This document shows positions 19,179 through 29,667 of a stretch of 51,904 nt of DNA, in pieces. Positions within the stretch are counted from its first letter, which is position 1, and every line of letters starts with the position of its first letter. A program made the translations under genes and the position numbers. Location of the stretch: the IMG/VR virus record IMGVR_UViG_3300036783_000038, positions 1-51,904 of that record; one strand, given 5' to 3'. This DNA is from a virus (Duplodnaviria > Caudoviricetes). A model generated the notes under the pieces. The model was not told where the DNA came from. It did not search any database and saw only the letters and a program-made list of their open reading frames with translations.

Positions 19179-19351
19179 CAGTCATCCCTCCATCTCAGCA
19201 CAGCGGCACCTGTGGCGCGTATGCGGTCGCAGTTAATGAACCACTCACCGTCGCTTTTCACATACGCCGTCGTTTGCTGGCCGGCATCGGTGATCACCCA
19301 CACCCTGGTAAACGTCCGCGGCAGCCGTTGCTGCACTGAAATCCAGGACAT
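19178..19351 (-). CDS. Small DUF551-like protein (57 aa, MSWISVQQRLP...)
   Basis: WISV..RLP start, with TGATG coupling at both ends. Confidence 0.6.
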   Translation of the reverse strand: MSWISVQQRLPRTFTRVWVITDAGQQTTAYVKSDGEWFINCDRIRATGAAVLRWRDD

Positions 19352-19731
19352 CAGCAGCCACCAACAACCATGAACAGACCCACGCTGTTACCAGCGCTTA
19401 TCGGCAACTCACTGGTGCAGCCGCTGGTATCCAGTTTCGCCAGAGAGTCACGCAGCCAGGTAATCCCATCTTCGCCGTAGTCGAACGAGCGCGACGCCCC
19501 TGATGGTGCCCCCTGCGATTTGATACGCCGGGCACCGGAAGACGTCGCCATGAGCGCAGCGGCATACATCAGGATGAGTTTTGCCGTGCATTCGTCATAT
19601 CCCGCACCATCGAGGCACGGGATAATCTTGTTCACCACGCAGAGAATCGGATCGAGCAGCACGCCGGGGATGGCGTAACCCAACTCACCGAGGAACGCCT
19701 GCACGTCTGCCGCTGTGATTGGGTCAGCCAT
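19351..19731 (-). CDS. Head-tail adaptor protein
   Basis: Position after the capsid gene. Confidence 0.55.
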   Translation of the reverse strand: MADPITAADVQAFLGELGYAIPGVLLDPILCVVNKIIPCLDGAGYDECTAKLILMYAAALMATSSGARRIKSQGAPSGASRSFDYGEDGITWLRDSLAKLDTSGCTSELPISAGNSVGLFMVVGGC

Positions 19732-19733
19732 GA

Positions 19734-19973
19734 TTATTTCGCCTTCTTCGTTTTGCTGGCAGATTCATCCTGCTGTTCTGCCTGCTCTGCAGCCTCAGCG
19801 CCCGGCGTAGCCACTTCAAGCGTCTTCTCTTCCACTTCGCTCACCACTGACACGCGTCCAGCAAAAGCCGCCGGAATGTCTGCCGCGACGAACTCATGGC
19901 CTACCGGCATCTGCTGGAAGACACCATCAATCATGCCCCAGCAGCCGGTTTTCTCGACCTTTAACGTTTTCAT
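19734..19973 (-). CDS. Hypothetical virion-associated protein
   Basis: ORF with RBS directly after the capsid hairpin. Confidence 0.55.
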   Translation of the reverse strand: MKTLKVEKTGCWGMIDGVFQQMPVGHEFVAADIPAAFAGRVSVVSEVEEKTLEVATPGAEAAEQAEQQDESASKTKKAK

Positions 19974-20005
19974 TCTTTCTCCCGAAGAGAAGGGGCCGAA
20001 GCCCC

Positions 20006-21061
20006 TTAACCTTGTGCGTTGAACACTTTCGAACGACCGTTGAAGTCGCGCTTAATCTGCAGACCGACAGCGCTCCAGACCAGAGAGTTGTAGTTGTCGA
20101 ACGGATTTTGACGCGGGATCATGAAGGTGCCCACCGGTGCGGCGATGCGCGTTTTGATGTACTGCGAGTTGCGTACATACGCGATGAAGTGGTTGCCGGT
20201 CAGTTTAAAGGTCTGGTTCACCGACTCGATGCGGCCGTAACGCAAGATATATTCCAGCACAGTGCCTTCTTTGAAGCCTGCGGAGTCAGAATACGGCTTG
20301 CTCATGTTGCGCATGATGTCAGGTGATACCCAGACCTTCACTTTCTCCTGCACGTAGTTATCGTCCAGAAGCTTCGCAAACGGCCCGGTAAAGAACGCGA
20401 CCATCTGGTCTGGCGTCGCTGTGGTCAGGTCGATGTTAAGACCGGAAGCGCTCAGATCTACTTGGTTGGTATTGGCGTGGTTGGTGATACCGGCACCGAC
20501 ATAGCCCTTAACCTTCACCTTCTCGTCACCAGACAGCATGTAGTCAGCCATATCCTCGCGGATGGCTGCAACGTGCGCTTCCTGGTCATCGGCCATTGCG
20601 TCAAGGTTTTCGGACTGCATGCCGTTCCACTCACGCCATTCGCGGCTGTAGCCGGTGTTGAAGATCGGGATTGGGTCACCAGCTTCGTCGTAGATGACTT
20701 TATCCAGTTCTTCCGGCACATGACCCGTCAGTGTGCGATGAACTTTCCCCGCGTCACTGGAAACGCGGTACAAAGCTGCGGTCTTGCCGATGGAGATCGG
20801 CGTACCGAGACCGAGCAGATCATCAAGCAGACCGTTACCTTCGTCATTGCGGAATACTCGGGTGGTAATGTTGTCAACTTCACGCCAGTAATCTTTCGAG
20901 ATCAGCGCGGCCTGGTTAACTTCCAGTGCGCCGCCGTACTGTGTGATGAGTGAGTTCTGGTTAACGTTAAAGGACTCGCGCTGCATCAGCAGCTGATTCC
21001 ATGCTTTCTTAATCTGATTATGTTCAGTAACCAGCTTTTTGTTAAATACGATCATGCTCAT
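20006..21061 (-). CDS. Major capsid protein
   Basis: 351 aa, follows the protease/scaffold and decoration genes, and is followed by the hairpin aggggccgaagcccct. Confidence 0.8.
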   Translation of the reverse strand: MSMIVFNKKLVTEHNQIKKAWNQLLMQRESFNVNQNSLITQYGGALEVNQAALISKDYWREVDNITTRVFRNDEGNGLLDDLLGLGTPISIGKTAALYRVSSDAGKVHRTLTGHVPEELDKVIYDEAGDPIPIFNTGYSREWREWNGMQSENLDAMADDQEAHVAAIREDMADYMLSGDEKVKVKGYVGAGITNHANTNQVDLSASGLNIDLTTATPDQMVAFFTGPFAKLLDDNYVQEKVKVWVSPDIMRNMSKPYSDSAGFKEGTVLEYILRYGRIESVNQTFKLTGNHFIAYVRNSQYIKTRIAAPVGTFMIPRQNPFDNYNSLVWSAVGLQIKRDFNGRSKVFNAQG

Positions 21062-21519
21062 GCGGTAGCTTTCCCTGATTTGCGGACTTTCACGAGCTGG
21101 GCCTCGGCGCCAACGGTGATTTTCTCGCGAGAGTAAAAAAGGACCACGTCAGTGTCAGGCGCAGTGGATTTTTGAAGAGTACCGTCGCCAGCGGAGACGA
21201 GACCTTCGTTTTCCAGCAAGACTTGTCCTGCTTTGACAAGCATGTGATAGTCAACGTCGTCTTCGCACATAATGGCGGCGCCAGTATCTCCGGCAGGAAC
21301 GGCGTAACGGATATCACCGCCGCCGATATAGTTGTGCTGGAGTGCCAGAGCAACACCTGAACCGCCTGCCGTACCGTGCACAGCCAACTTCCCGGCGCTG
21401 TCCAGCATTACCAATGATCCAGGATTAACATCTGCAGCCATGATTGCTTCAATGACCTGTGGGTCATTCTTGCGGGCCGGACCCGCGATTACGGTATGAA
21501 AACGAGGTGCAAGAGCCAT
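21058..21519 (-). CDS. Capsid decoration protein
   Basis: 153 aa, between scaffold and capsid genes. Confidence 0.6.
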   Translation of the reverse strand: MALAPRFHTVIAGPARKNDPQVIEAIMAADVNPGSLVMLDSAGKLAVHGTAGGSGVALALQHNYIGGGDIRYAVPAGDTGAAIMCEDDVDYHMLVKAGQVLLENEGLVSAGDGTLQKSTAPDTDVVLFYSREKITVGAEAQLVKVRKSGKATA

Positions 21520-22880
21520 TATTCAGGTGCCTCCATATTAAGGATTTCACTCTGAGCGCCATTACCCTGAAACGCCGGGTTCAGACCTGTGCTGGTCTGG
21601 CACTGTGAGTACATATCGTTCAGCGCATCGCCAGCCAGCGAGTTGATCGCCGCTTCGGTCATAAACGGGAATTTCGCTTTAACCGCATCACGCTTGGTTT
21701 TGATGTCTTTTTCTGCGTTGGCCTGTAGCTGAGTTTTCAGCGTGCTGATTTCGTCGGTCAGCGGCTTAATTGCCAAATTTACCGCAGCGGTAATCGCGTC
21801 AGAGTTAATCTGAGTGCCAGGCTGGTCATCCCCCCCTGCTTTCTTCTGCGCCTGCTGGTTGTAGGCATCCCAGACCTGATCGTCGGTCAGCCCTTCGGTT
21901 TTTACGCCTGCAGTATTGAGCGCGGCGATCATCTTCTCTTTCATCGGGTTCATTTCTCCGTTGGTTTTGACTTCGTACTCAGTTGGTTTGCGCACGACTT
22001 CTACTGGCTCACCGACCAGCGTTACCGCGTTTTCATCAATGAGGTATTTCTGCTGGAAGAGTTTCGAGCCCTCTTCGTAGATGAATTTGTCCGGCCAGAC
22101 TGTCACCACATAGCGATAAACGTCACTACCCGACGGCGAGCGGATGGCCTCACGCAGCATCTGGTAGATTTCGTCGAATGATGCGTCAGAGTTGTGGGTG
22201 AAGAAGAACTTCACCTTGTTCACCAGGCCGTCTTTAAGGCTGTTCGCCGCATCGATGAGGCTGACAGTTTCGACCTCCCCTTCCTGCCCGTCGGCGTTCA
22301 CGAACATGCCAACACCCTCTTCCGGCGTACCGGCTCCCGGCTCGTCCAGCAGGATGGCGATGTGGTCGAATTGCATGTTGTGGGCGACCCAGGAGTGTTT
22401 CTTCCCCTTCGACTCGCCAGCCTTTTGTTCTTTGTTCAGCAGCAGTCCGGTGGAGACGTGGATCGGGTCGGCATTGTTGCCGGTGATCATGTCGTCGAGA
22501 CGCTGAATCAGTCGCTTACCGTCAGGCTTGGTTTCTGCCACCGCCTTATTGACATAAACGTCCATCACGACCTTGTCGTTTGCCTTACTGACGTTCTGAG
22601 CCCACGCCCCGGCGTAATAATCATTCACCGCCTGCGGGTCGTTGGCGCTGACGTATTTTCCGCCAACCATCGGATGCCCGAGCGGCATTAACTTGCGCTC
22701 CATCGTCTGGTAGCTGTTGTTAATCTCCTCGGCAGGATAAAGCCCACCATTCATGACAATGTTGTCGACGATGGGAACCGCACCACGAATGACGTAGTGT
22801 TCCTGACCGTTGATGGTTGTCGTTGAAATGTTGGAGGCGTTAATTGCCAAGGATTTAACGTGGATGCTGGATAGCTTCAC
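21519..22880 (-). CDS. Prohead protease-scaffold protein (DUF2213-like)
   Basis: PLGHP, VSTG and DHIAIL motifs with a helical C-terminus; GAGG RBS before the GTG. Confidence 0.75.
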   Translation of the reverse strand: MKLSSIHVKSLAINASNISTTTINGQEHYVIRGAVPIVDNIVMNGGLYPAEEINNSYQTMERKLMPLGHPMVGGKYVSANDPQAVNDYYAGAWAQNVSKANDKVVMDVYVNKAVAETKPDGKRLIQRLDDMITGNNADPIHVSTGLLLNKEQKAGESKGKKHSWVAHNMQFDHIAILLDEPGAGTPEEGVGMFVNADGQEGEVETVSLIDAANSLKDGLVNKVKFFFTHNSDASFDEIYQMLREAIRSPSGSDVYRYVVTVWPDKFIYEEGSKLFQQKYLIDENAVTLVGEPVEVVRKPTEYEVKTNGEMNPMKEKMIAALNTAGVKTEGLTDDQVWDAYNQQAQKKAGGDDQPGTQINSDAITAAVNLAIKPLTDEISTLKTQLQANAEKDIKTKRDAVKAKFPFMTEAAINSLAGDALNDMYSQCQTSTGLNPAFQGNGAQSEILNMEAPE

Positions 22881-22932
22881 GTTGCGTCCTCATTTATGGA
22901 TTTCAGGCAATAAAAAAGGCCGCCGTGGCGAC

Positions 22933-23205
22933 CTATTTAATGTGTTTAAACTTCCATCGGAATGAACTGTAAATGTACTCCCCGCCCTCTTCCCTGTCGG
23001 TTAGTTTGGCAGTGATTTCAAACTGACTCCCTATGGGGAATACCTTCAAGTCAGACAATTTCTTAGAACACTCAACAGCCAGTGAGGTGCTAGCCCATTG
23101 GCCAGGGATTGGCCTAATATGAACTTTTCCCTTCTTTCCTGACATGCTGGTTGGGTAAAAGCTTTCTACAATCAACTTACGATACGGCTCATCTGGTTTT
23201 GCCAT
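22933..23205 (-). CDS. Moron-like hypothetical protein (90 aa)
   Basis: Lower GC, GGAGG RBS before MAKPDEPYRK, and its own terminator (22912-22933) inside the head operon. Confidence 0.65.
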   Translation of the reverse strand: MAKPDEPYRKLIVESFYPTSMSGKKGKVHIRPIPGQWASTSLAVECSKKLSDLKVFPIGSQFEITAKLTDREEGGEYIYSSFRWKFKHIK

Positions 23206-23230
23206 AAATCCTCCGCAAAACCTTTTTGTA

Positions 23231-24223
23231 TCATGCCGCTTCGACCAAATTCCACTGTTCACGTTCTTTCGCCAGCCGTTCCGCCAGCCCTTTGTTGAAT
23301 ATGCTACCGTCGTCATTAAGCAGCGCCGGCACCTGACTGCAATAACAGTTGTACCGGTTGCCGTTCTCGGCGTAGAAGTCTCGCACCTGCTCGGTGGTGT
23401 ACACCTTGCCGTGGCGGCTGGCGTGCCAGGTTCGCGTCGTCGGTTTGAGTGCCGATAGCCACAGTAGGCCGGTATTCAATCCAAGCCGATCCGCTGCCCA
23501 GTCCGTCTCGTTCCATTGCGCATGCCGCAGCGCACCGACCTGCTCAGTCTGAGCGATGGTCTTCGCTTTCGACATCGACACATCAAGGCGCTTGCTGATA
23601 ACGCTGGCCGTTTCTCGAGGATTAACGCCACGCGCTACCGCGTCGGTGATGATATTGGTCAGATCGCCGCGGGCTGCGTCGCTGATGACCTTCCAGTCAC
23701 TGAACGTTGTCAGCCTGGCTGCCGCTATCTGGTTCAGATAACCGGGGCTGCTCAGAAGTTGCGTGAAAGTCGTCTGGCTGGCGTACACCTGCGACTGCTG
23801 CGAGAGGTTGTTGAATGCCTCCAGCGTGCCGCGCTGCACCTCAGCGACGACGTAATCCATCGCCCACAGGTTTTTCTCACTACCTTCCAGCAGGTAATCG
23901 TCCAGAATGGTCTGTACCGCTTCAAGCAGGTCCGCCAGTTCCTGCGCTGACATGTCGTAGATGAACTTGCCGGCATTGACCTGGTAGAGCGTGGGCTCGT
24001 CGCCGTTAACGTGGCACAGGAAGTGCCAGTTGTGGCTGTTAACCTCTCGCTCTCGCCAGGTCAGACGCTGGTCAAACAGCGCTTTTAGTGCGTGTTTAAT
24101 ACCGAGATACCGACTCTCGATATCCCGAAACATAGCGGTAACCTGCTTTGCCGATCGAGTAGGGTCAACCTTGCTGCGCGGTACTACCGGTGTCCCGACT
24201 TTCGTCTTTTGCTCCGGCGTCAT
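23231..24223 (-). CDS. Head morphogenesis protein (SPP1 gp7/Mu F family)
   Basis: AKTIAQTE...TRTWHASRHG...NCYC. Confidence 0.85.
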   Translation of the reverse strand: MTPEQKTKVGTPVVPRSKVDPTRSAKQVTAMFRDIESRYLGIKHALKALFDQRLTWREREVNSHNWHFLCHVNGDEPTLYQVNAGKFIYDMSAQELADLLEAVQTILDDYLLEGSEKNLWAMDYVVAEVQRGTLEAFNNLSQQSQVYASQTTFTQLLSSPGYLNQIAAARLTTFSDWKVISDAARGDLTNIITDAVARGVNPRETASVISKRLDVSMSKAKTIAQTEQVGALRHAQWNETDWAADRLGLNTGLLWLSALKPTTRTWHASRHGKVYTTEQVRDFYAENGNRYNCYCSQVPALLNDDGSIFNKGLAERLAKEREQWNLVEAA

Positions 24224-25634
24224 CGGCCAGTGGATCATTGGTTGTCACCTTGTCATTCGGGTTAGGTGGTTGCTTTGGCTCTGGCAGAGGGTCGAGGCCT
24301 ACAATCTCGCGCAGTTCGTTGGCAGTAAATGGCGGCTCGCCACCATAGAAGCCAGAGGTTTTCTGGACGATGTCTGCCAGTTTCGAAGCGTTCTCGATTT
24401 TCTCTTTCTCGCCCGGAGCCAGCAGGTCGGTCCATGAAATGGTGACCTCTCCATTTGTCGGCGGTTCGATAATGCCAAGGGTCCAGAAGCGTTCCAGCAA
24501 TGCGGTGATTCGGTCAGTCATGAAGCCGTTGCGGCGGGTATTGCGGCGAATGGCCCAGTCGGTTTTATCCTCATCGCTCGCCAGGCGCCCGGTCTGCTGT
24601 CCAAACAGGATGGTGAAGGGGATTTGCACTGACGCTGCCAGCTCGTTCGCGGTGACCTCCCAAGTCGGCCCCGGGTCGCCTGGCGTCACGCTCAGAACAC
24701 GCATCTGCCCGGCCTGCATAACCGCCGCCGCATCGGTGCCGCGATTAAGCTTATTGACCTTGTCGCCCATCGCTTCGCCGAGGTCGGCATAACCAGCTCT
24801 CTTAGCCTGGTCAGCCAGCGTGGCCATATCTGTTTCTTTGCTGAACTCGACCGCGATCTGCCGGCTGGCGTTCTTCAGGAAGCCCTCTGCACCACCGCCA
24901 GAAATCTTCTCAAGGTCGAGCCCTTTGTTGTATCCGGCCTCAAGAAGCGGGATGCCAGACAGGACGTTGTCATCCTCTGAGCCTTCGCAGAACAGGATCA
25001 CCCTGCTTGGATGCACAGGCTCACCGCGCATCGGTCCGACGAAAGCCTCGTCTCCAACCGGCTGCTCGTTGAAGTTGAACATCTTCGGCTGGCCGAACGT
25101 CTTGGACTGGCGATCGTTATCCCATTCTGCAACCGTCAGTTGCGGCTCCCACACAGGGATCAGCTTAACCAGAGCTCCTTCACCGAGCCTCTTCACAAGA
25201 GTGGTGTCGACTTCCTCATTCCATGACCGGTTATCTTTGATCTGCAGTAACAGCGCGGAGTAGCGCCCCACCATATTGCGGCGGTCGGCATCCTTCACCT
25301 TCGGCCACCATTTTTTCATGAACCTGGTGACTTTCTTTTCCCATGGGTTGGTTTTCTTCGCCTCCAGGGATTCATCCCCATCAACGATAACCGGATAATC
25401 CTGCCAGCAACCATCCAGAAGACGATGCACCACGGCGAAACCAGCGGCGTTGCGCCGGTACATATTGTAAAAGTCATGGAAGGTAATGGTGCGCGGGTAG
25501 CCAAACTCCTGGTAAAGCGTCGGGCGCTTGGTATTGCCCCCGCCGATACCGATGGCGTTAAGGTAATTCGCTCGCCGCATTTCAGTGGCGAGATTGTTCA
25601 CAGCCAGTTGAAGGCCGTTATCTTGTTCGCTCAC
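24165..25634 (-). CDS. Portal protein (DUF1073-type)
   Basis: 489 aa after TerL; IPFTILFGQQTGRLASDED motif. Confidence 0.8.
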   Translation of the reverse strand: MSEQDNGLQLAVNNLATEMRRANYLNAIGIGGGNTKRPTLYQEFGYPRTITFHDFYNMYRRNAAGFAVVHRLLDGCWQDYPVIVDGDESLEAKKTNPWEKKVTRFMKKWWPKVKDADRRNMVGRYSALLLQIKDNRSWNEEVDTTLVKRLGEGALVKLIPVWEPQLTVAEWDNDRQSKTFGQPKMFNFNEQPVGDEAFVGPMRGEPVHPSRVILFCEGSEDDNVLSGIPLLEAGYNKGLDLEKISGGGAEGFLKNASRQIAVEFSKETDMATLADQAKRAGYADLGEAMGDKVNKLNRGTDAAAVMQAGQMRVLSVTPGDPGPTWEVTANELAASVQIPFTILFGQQTGRLASDEDKTDWAIRRNTRRNGFMTDRITALLERFWTLGIIEPPTNGEVTISWTDLLAPGEKEKIENASKLADIVQKTSGFYGGEPPFTANELREIVGLDPLPEPKQPPNPNDKVTTNDPLADDAGAKDESRDTGSTAQQG

Positions 25635-25646
25635 TGGCGATGCTCC

Positions 25647-27119
25647 TTAGAAGAATACAGTGCCGACCTGCTTACGGTTGTTCTTCGTCACTGCGAAGTA
25701 ACGGAAGCTGTCAGCGCCGTGTGATGTGAAGTCATGAAGTGGTTTATCTTTCCAGCAACCGCGCTTGTCGTCCCACTCCTTGCGGTAACCTTCGAGGTGG
25801 GAGATGCCAACAGCACACTTTTCCTCATCGAAAACGCAGGACTTGATGATTTCACGCACCGACTCTATGCCAGTGTCGATCCCCGCCTTAGGAACAACGC
25901 GGAAATTCATCGAATACATCTGGCCGTCAATCTCGTAGCCCTCGCGTGCTAGTTCTTTGCGTGACTTCGCGTCAGCAGCAAATTCGCGGTTCTCGATGTC
26001 GTGCGGGCCCCAGTGCTCGCCGTACTCGTAGCCGCGGTCTTTCAGCACCTTCATATAGTGCCTCAGCCCCTCTCCAGAGTTTTCGTAGTAGTCGATGATG
26101 TGAAACTCCTCTCCAACTTCGCGAACAAACCAGATCGCCGTGGAGTCGCCCACACCAATATCCCAGAACGTGTGAACCGGTAGATGTGAGTTATCCGGGA
26201 TTTGGCCGATCCGCTTGTTGGTGTAGAGCCAGCGGAATTGTTTGGCGTAGTACGCGCCCTCGACCGACTGCTGGAACGCCTCCGCCGGTATCGTCGGGTA
26301 TTCGCGCTTCATGTCGTCGCCGAGCGTCTTTTCTTTGGCGTAATACCAGGCTTTTTGGCGTTCGTTGACTACTACGCCGTGCTTCGCCTCCATCTCAGCG
26401 AAGTATTCAATCAGGCGTACTGGCAGCGGTTCTACCTGGTCAATTGCGTACTGTGGATTCTTCCACCAGGAGAAGAAGAAAAACTTCCAGTCCAGCGCAG
26501 ATAACGGCTTGCCCTGCAGTAACGCTTTCTCTGCCGTCTGACAGTAATCGAAGAAATAACCCGCCCGGCCCTCGGCTGTGCTCTCGATAGTAGCGAAGCA
26601 TCCAGCCGATACTGCCTCAAACGCACCAGTGACAATTTCTCGGGCTTTGTCAGGATATTTGGCACATATCTTTCCGAACTCGGAGACGTGCAGGTAACGC
26701 AGCGTACCGCCACGAAATGAGGTGCTGACGTAGAGTGATCCGCCCTTCTTAAAGACCAGCTCGCCAGCTGAGTCGTTGCTCGCCGGATTGGCCGCCTTTA
26801 TCTCAGCTGGCAGCTTGTCGTATGCATACTTCACCTTTTCTCGAAACAGGCGCTTTGCATCATTCAGCGTGTGGGCGATCAATGCACACTTTGCCGACTC
26901 GAACAGTGCCGCGTCGAGCTGGATGATGCACACCTCAGTCGTGAACCCGAGCTGGCGAGCCTTCAGAATGATGTTGCGGGTGTGGATACCCTCGAAGTAT
27001 TCCCGCTGTTCAGGCGTCATCCTGAAGCGTGTGGGCTTTCCTTCTTTGTCGGTGATCCAGTAAAGATTGTTCAGCCGCCAGTCTTTGTCGGACAGCAGCT
27101 TGAGGTGCTCAGGTTTCAT
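25647..27119 (-). CDS. terL: Terminase large subunit
   Basis: LKARQLGFTT (Walker A), LHVSE, ESTAEG, WDIG and SHGADSFRY. Confidence 0.92.
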   Translation of the reverse strand: MKPEHLKLLSDKDWRLNNLYWITDKEGKPTRFRMTPEQREYFEGIHTRNIILKARQLGFTTEVCIIQLDAALFESAKCALIAHTLNDAKRLFREKVKYAYDKLPAEIKAANPASNDSAGELVFKKGGSLYVSTSFRGGTLRYLHVSEFGKICAKYPDKAREIVTGAFEAVSAGCFATIESTAEGRAGYFFDYCQTAEKALLQGKPLSALDWKFFFFSWWKNPQYAIDQVEPLPVRLIEYFAEMEAKHGVVVNERQKAWYYAKEKTLGDDMKREYPTIPAEAFQQSVEGAYYAKQFRWLYTNKRIGQIPDNSHLPVHTFWDIGVGDSTAIWFVREVGEEFHIIDYYENSGEGLRHYMKVLKDRGYEYGEHWGPHDIENREFAADAKSRKELAREGYEIDGQMYSMNFRVVPKAGIDTGIESVREIIKSCVFDEEKCAVGISHLEGYRKEWDDKRGCWKDKPLHDFTSHGADSFRYFAVTKNNRKQVGTVFF

Positions 27120-27721
27120 TACGCCCCCTGAGACAAGGAATCCATCAGGTCAGAGAGTTGCTTAACAGAATTGTCGCCTTCCGGCCCGTCAATGTCATAA
27201 GCCTGGCGTTCGAGTCCGATCAGGTTCTTCAGCGCGTCGCTCAGCGCTTTTACCGCTTTCACGCGCTCTGGCATACTGATAATCGAATGGTAAATCTCGT
27301 TCAGCTTATCCCGGCCATTCTCATCGGGAGATAGCATCAATTCGCCAAGCTTTCGCAGAGAGTCAACATCTGCGCACTCGGCGCCGAGCTCATCAAAAAG
27401 AGCGTTCGTTATCTCCCTGGCACGCCGGATATCGCCGCGGTGCTCCATGCGCACAGCAGCAACCACCTCCGCCGTAGCCTCTATAAGTACGCGCTCAGAC
27501 AATGCTGTTTCGGTGCGTACCTGCTTGCGTACCTCTGCTTTGCGTACCAGATCGTCAGCGCGTTCCTTCACCTTTGCGGCCAGGTCGCGAGACCAGTCGT
27601 CACGCTTAGCGCGCTTACGGATAGCACCTTCGCTGATGCCGTGTTGTGCTGCAATTTCACGGAGGGACATCACCCCGGCCCGGTACGCCGTCTCGATGGC
27701 CTCCCAGTCCGGTTTTGCCAT
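27119..27721 (-). CDS. terS: Terminase small subunit
   Basis: N-terminal HTH SLREIAAQHGISEGAIRKRAKRDDW, directly upstream of TerL. Confidence 0.85.
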   Translation of the reverse strand: MAKPDWEAIETAYRAGVMSLREIAAQHGISEGAIRKRAKRDDWSRDLAAKVKERADDLVRKAEVRKQVRTETALSERVLIEATAEVVAAVRMEHRGDIRRAREITNALFDELGAECADVDSLRKLGELMLSPDENGRDKLNEIYHSIISMPERVKAVKALSDALKNLIGLERQAYDIDGPEGDNSVKQLSDLMDSLSQGA

Positions 27722-27778
27722 AATTTTGTCCTCGCCTTGACATTATCGAGCCACCTCTTGAAGTGGCTCTGTAATGCC

Positions 27779-28030
27779 CTACTGGCGTTTTGTTTCCGCC
27801 TGCCTGATGTCAGCCTTATCACGGTTGCACTGCCCCAGAGCTGATAGCAGGCTGATGTTCAAATCCAGGCTTTGGCCCCACGTGAGACTATCAGGGATTG
27901 CCGGTTGTGGGGTCTCAGCCGTCAGGCTGGCCGGGAGTGGTACCACCGGAACTTTGACGTAAACCGTTCGCGTATTGTTGCAGCCGCTTAACTGCGCCAG
28001 CAGGAACAGGGCGATTAGTGCAATCATCAT
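27779..28030 (-). CDS. o-spanin (Rz1-like lipoprotein)
   Basis: Lipobox LSGC, Pro-rich, ends CNRDKADIR; overlaps the i-spanin. Confidence 0.8.
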   Translation of the reverse strand: MMIALIALFLLAQLSGCNNTRTVYVKVPVVPLPASLTAETPQPAIPDSLTWGQSLDLNISLLSALGQCNRDKADIRQAETKRQ

Positions 28031-28304
28031 TCGCAACAGCAACCCGGATGCCAGCCGAGGCTCCCGATGCGTCCAGTGCGATCTGCTCTTTAGCATGCTG
28101 GTTAGCCTCTGCTATGGAATTGAAGATGGTCATGGTAGCCAGGGCGTTTGAGGTAATAGCCTGAGCGCTGGTTACCTGCTGCTCTGCGTTGTCAGCACGG
28201 GATTCCTGCTGCGCAGCAGTATTGTGGTAATGCATAGCCAGCCACCCAAGACAGACTATCAGGCAGATAACCACTGCGCTGAAAGTTGCTGTTAAACGGC
28301 TCAT
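27915..28304 (-). CDS. i-spanin (Rz-like)
   Basis: N-terminal TM followed by coiled coil, after the endolysin. Confidence 0.8.
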   Translation of the reverse strand: MSRLTATFSAVVICLIVCLGWLAMHYHNTAAQQESRADNAEQQVTSAQAITSNALATMTIFNSIAEANQHAKEQIALDASGASAGIRVAVANDDCTNRPVPAGAVKRLQQYANGLRQSSGGTTPGQPDG

Positions 28305-28804
28305 TTCTGTTCCCACAAACAAACTTCTCGCTCAATCTCACGGCGAGTCACCAGGCCTTTCCACTGCTTACCCTTGGCGTAGGTCCAGCGGCGCAACTGA
28401 TCACATGCACCTTTCTTGTCGCCCTGGTTGATTTTGCGCAGCAGGGTGGATGTCTGGAAGTTGCCAGCGCCGACGTTATAGGCGAACGAGTAAAGAGCCC
28501 CGCGCATTGTCTCTGGGATCTGCTTCTGGATGTACGGATCAATCTGGCGAGCGACGGTGTTCAGGTCTTTACTGAGAAGAGCACGGCATTCAGCCTCGGT
28601 GTACTTCTTACCGAGCATTATGTCTTTGCCTGTATGTCCATAGCAGACAGTCCAGACACCCACAACATCCTGATAGGGAGCGTACCGTACCCCTTCTAGA
28701 CCGTCGTTACCTGTTGGACCGGTGATGAGAGCAGAAGCAATGGCGAGCGCACCACCACCGCCGGCGACCACACCAATCAATTTTTTTCTCATTGCGGGCG
28801 TCAT
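28301..28804 (-). CDS. SAR endolysin (lysozyme, GH24)
   Basis: Gly/Ala-rich SAR N-terminus, [22 protein letters not shown] (E-8-D-5-T triad) and GLVTRREIE. Confidence 0.92.
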   Translation of the reverse strand: MTPAMRKKLIGVVAGGGGALAIASALITGPTGNDGLEGVRYAPYQDVVGVWTVCYGHTGKDIMLGKKYTEAECRALLSKDLNTVARQIDPYIQKQIPETMRGALYSFAYNVGAGNFQTSTLLRKINQGDKKGACDQLRRWTYAKGKQWKGLVTRREIEREVCLWEQK

Positions 28805-29121
28805 AACTGCTCCTGTACATCGCCAGCGATGCGCTTCATTGCCTCGGTAACCACCTCAGCAGATGCTGGGCGATCACTATCAGGCTTATGGGAAACATCA
28901 GCCAAGTAACTCGCCAAAAGTTGCGTGCGTTTTTTTTCTTCGTCAAGCCGCTCGCGCTCTTCCTTCCGTTTTGCGTAATAGGTCCTGATCGTGAAGTACG
29001 CCGATATCAAGGCGCCGATGATAAAGACATAATCCTGTAGACTCAGAACGGAGAAGAAACCAAGCAGCCCTGACCACCAGTACGGTAGGTTGTGACCATC
29101 GGTTGGGTTCATACGTTGCAT
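28801..29121 (-). CDS. Holin
   Basis: Hydrophobic N-half and charged C-tail; first gene of the lysis cassette; possible dual start MQRM. Confidence 0.75.
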   Translation of the reverse strand: MQRMNPTDGHNLPYWWSGLLGFFSVLSLQDYVFIIGALISAYFTIRTYYAKRKEERERLDEEKKRTQLLASYLADVSHKPDSDRPASAEVVTEAMKRIAGDVQEQL

Positions 29122-29570
29122 CTCTCACCTCCGATTTAAACGGGGTGCTGTATCTAGTCATGAAAGGGTCAGGCCCGTCGGGCTGGATTTAACAACGAAG
29201 CGTATCGATGATGATTCCCGCGGGCCTGAAAATGAAAAAGTCAGCGCAACGGCTGACAATGAGGGTAAGGCGTTGGCTCTGTGGCCTGTTTTCCCAGCTG
29301 ACGGGATTGGGCTGTGGTGGCCGGTGCTGATCTCCGACATAACTACCGTTTCAATGAGTAGCTGTTGCACGCGCATCAGCCTGCGCATTCACCACAACGG
29401 AAAGAGCACTGCCGCGCCAGGGAAATGTGCCTGGTCTCACCGGGATGTGCGCACATGCTCAATGCTCTTACCTGTTGTGTCCGCTATCTGGTTCAGAACT
29501 CTCGCGTATGAGCTTCATACGTGTAGTGCGGCACGTATTCACTCAAGAGCCCTGACCGGATTACAGGCAT

Positions 29571-29600
29571 AAAAAAGCCCAAGGCGTTAACCTCGGACTT
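29571..29600 (-). terminator. Probable tR'-like terminator downstream of the late promoter
   Basis: Minus-strand hairpin aagtccgagg...ccttgggctt plus T-run, just downstream of Q. Confidence 0.6.
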
Positions 29601-29667
29601 AAATTTATCTTACTGCCAGTGCATACAACATTGGCACAATATCAGAATTACATGAAATGTAGGCTAA

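Noticed and set aside
29313-29396. Canonical tRNA in the late leader
   Set aside because: No TTC T-loop or standard anticodon arm; kept only as a structured-RNA finding.
29158-29572. ORFs of 76 and 99 aa between Q and holin
   Set aside because: No convincing RBS or protein features; the region is better explained by RNA stems.
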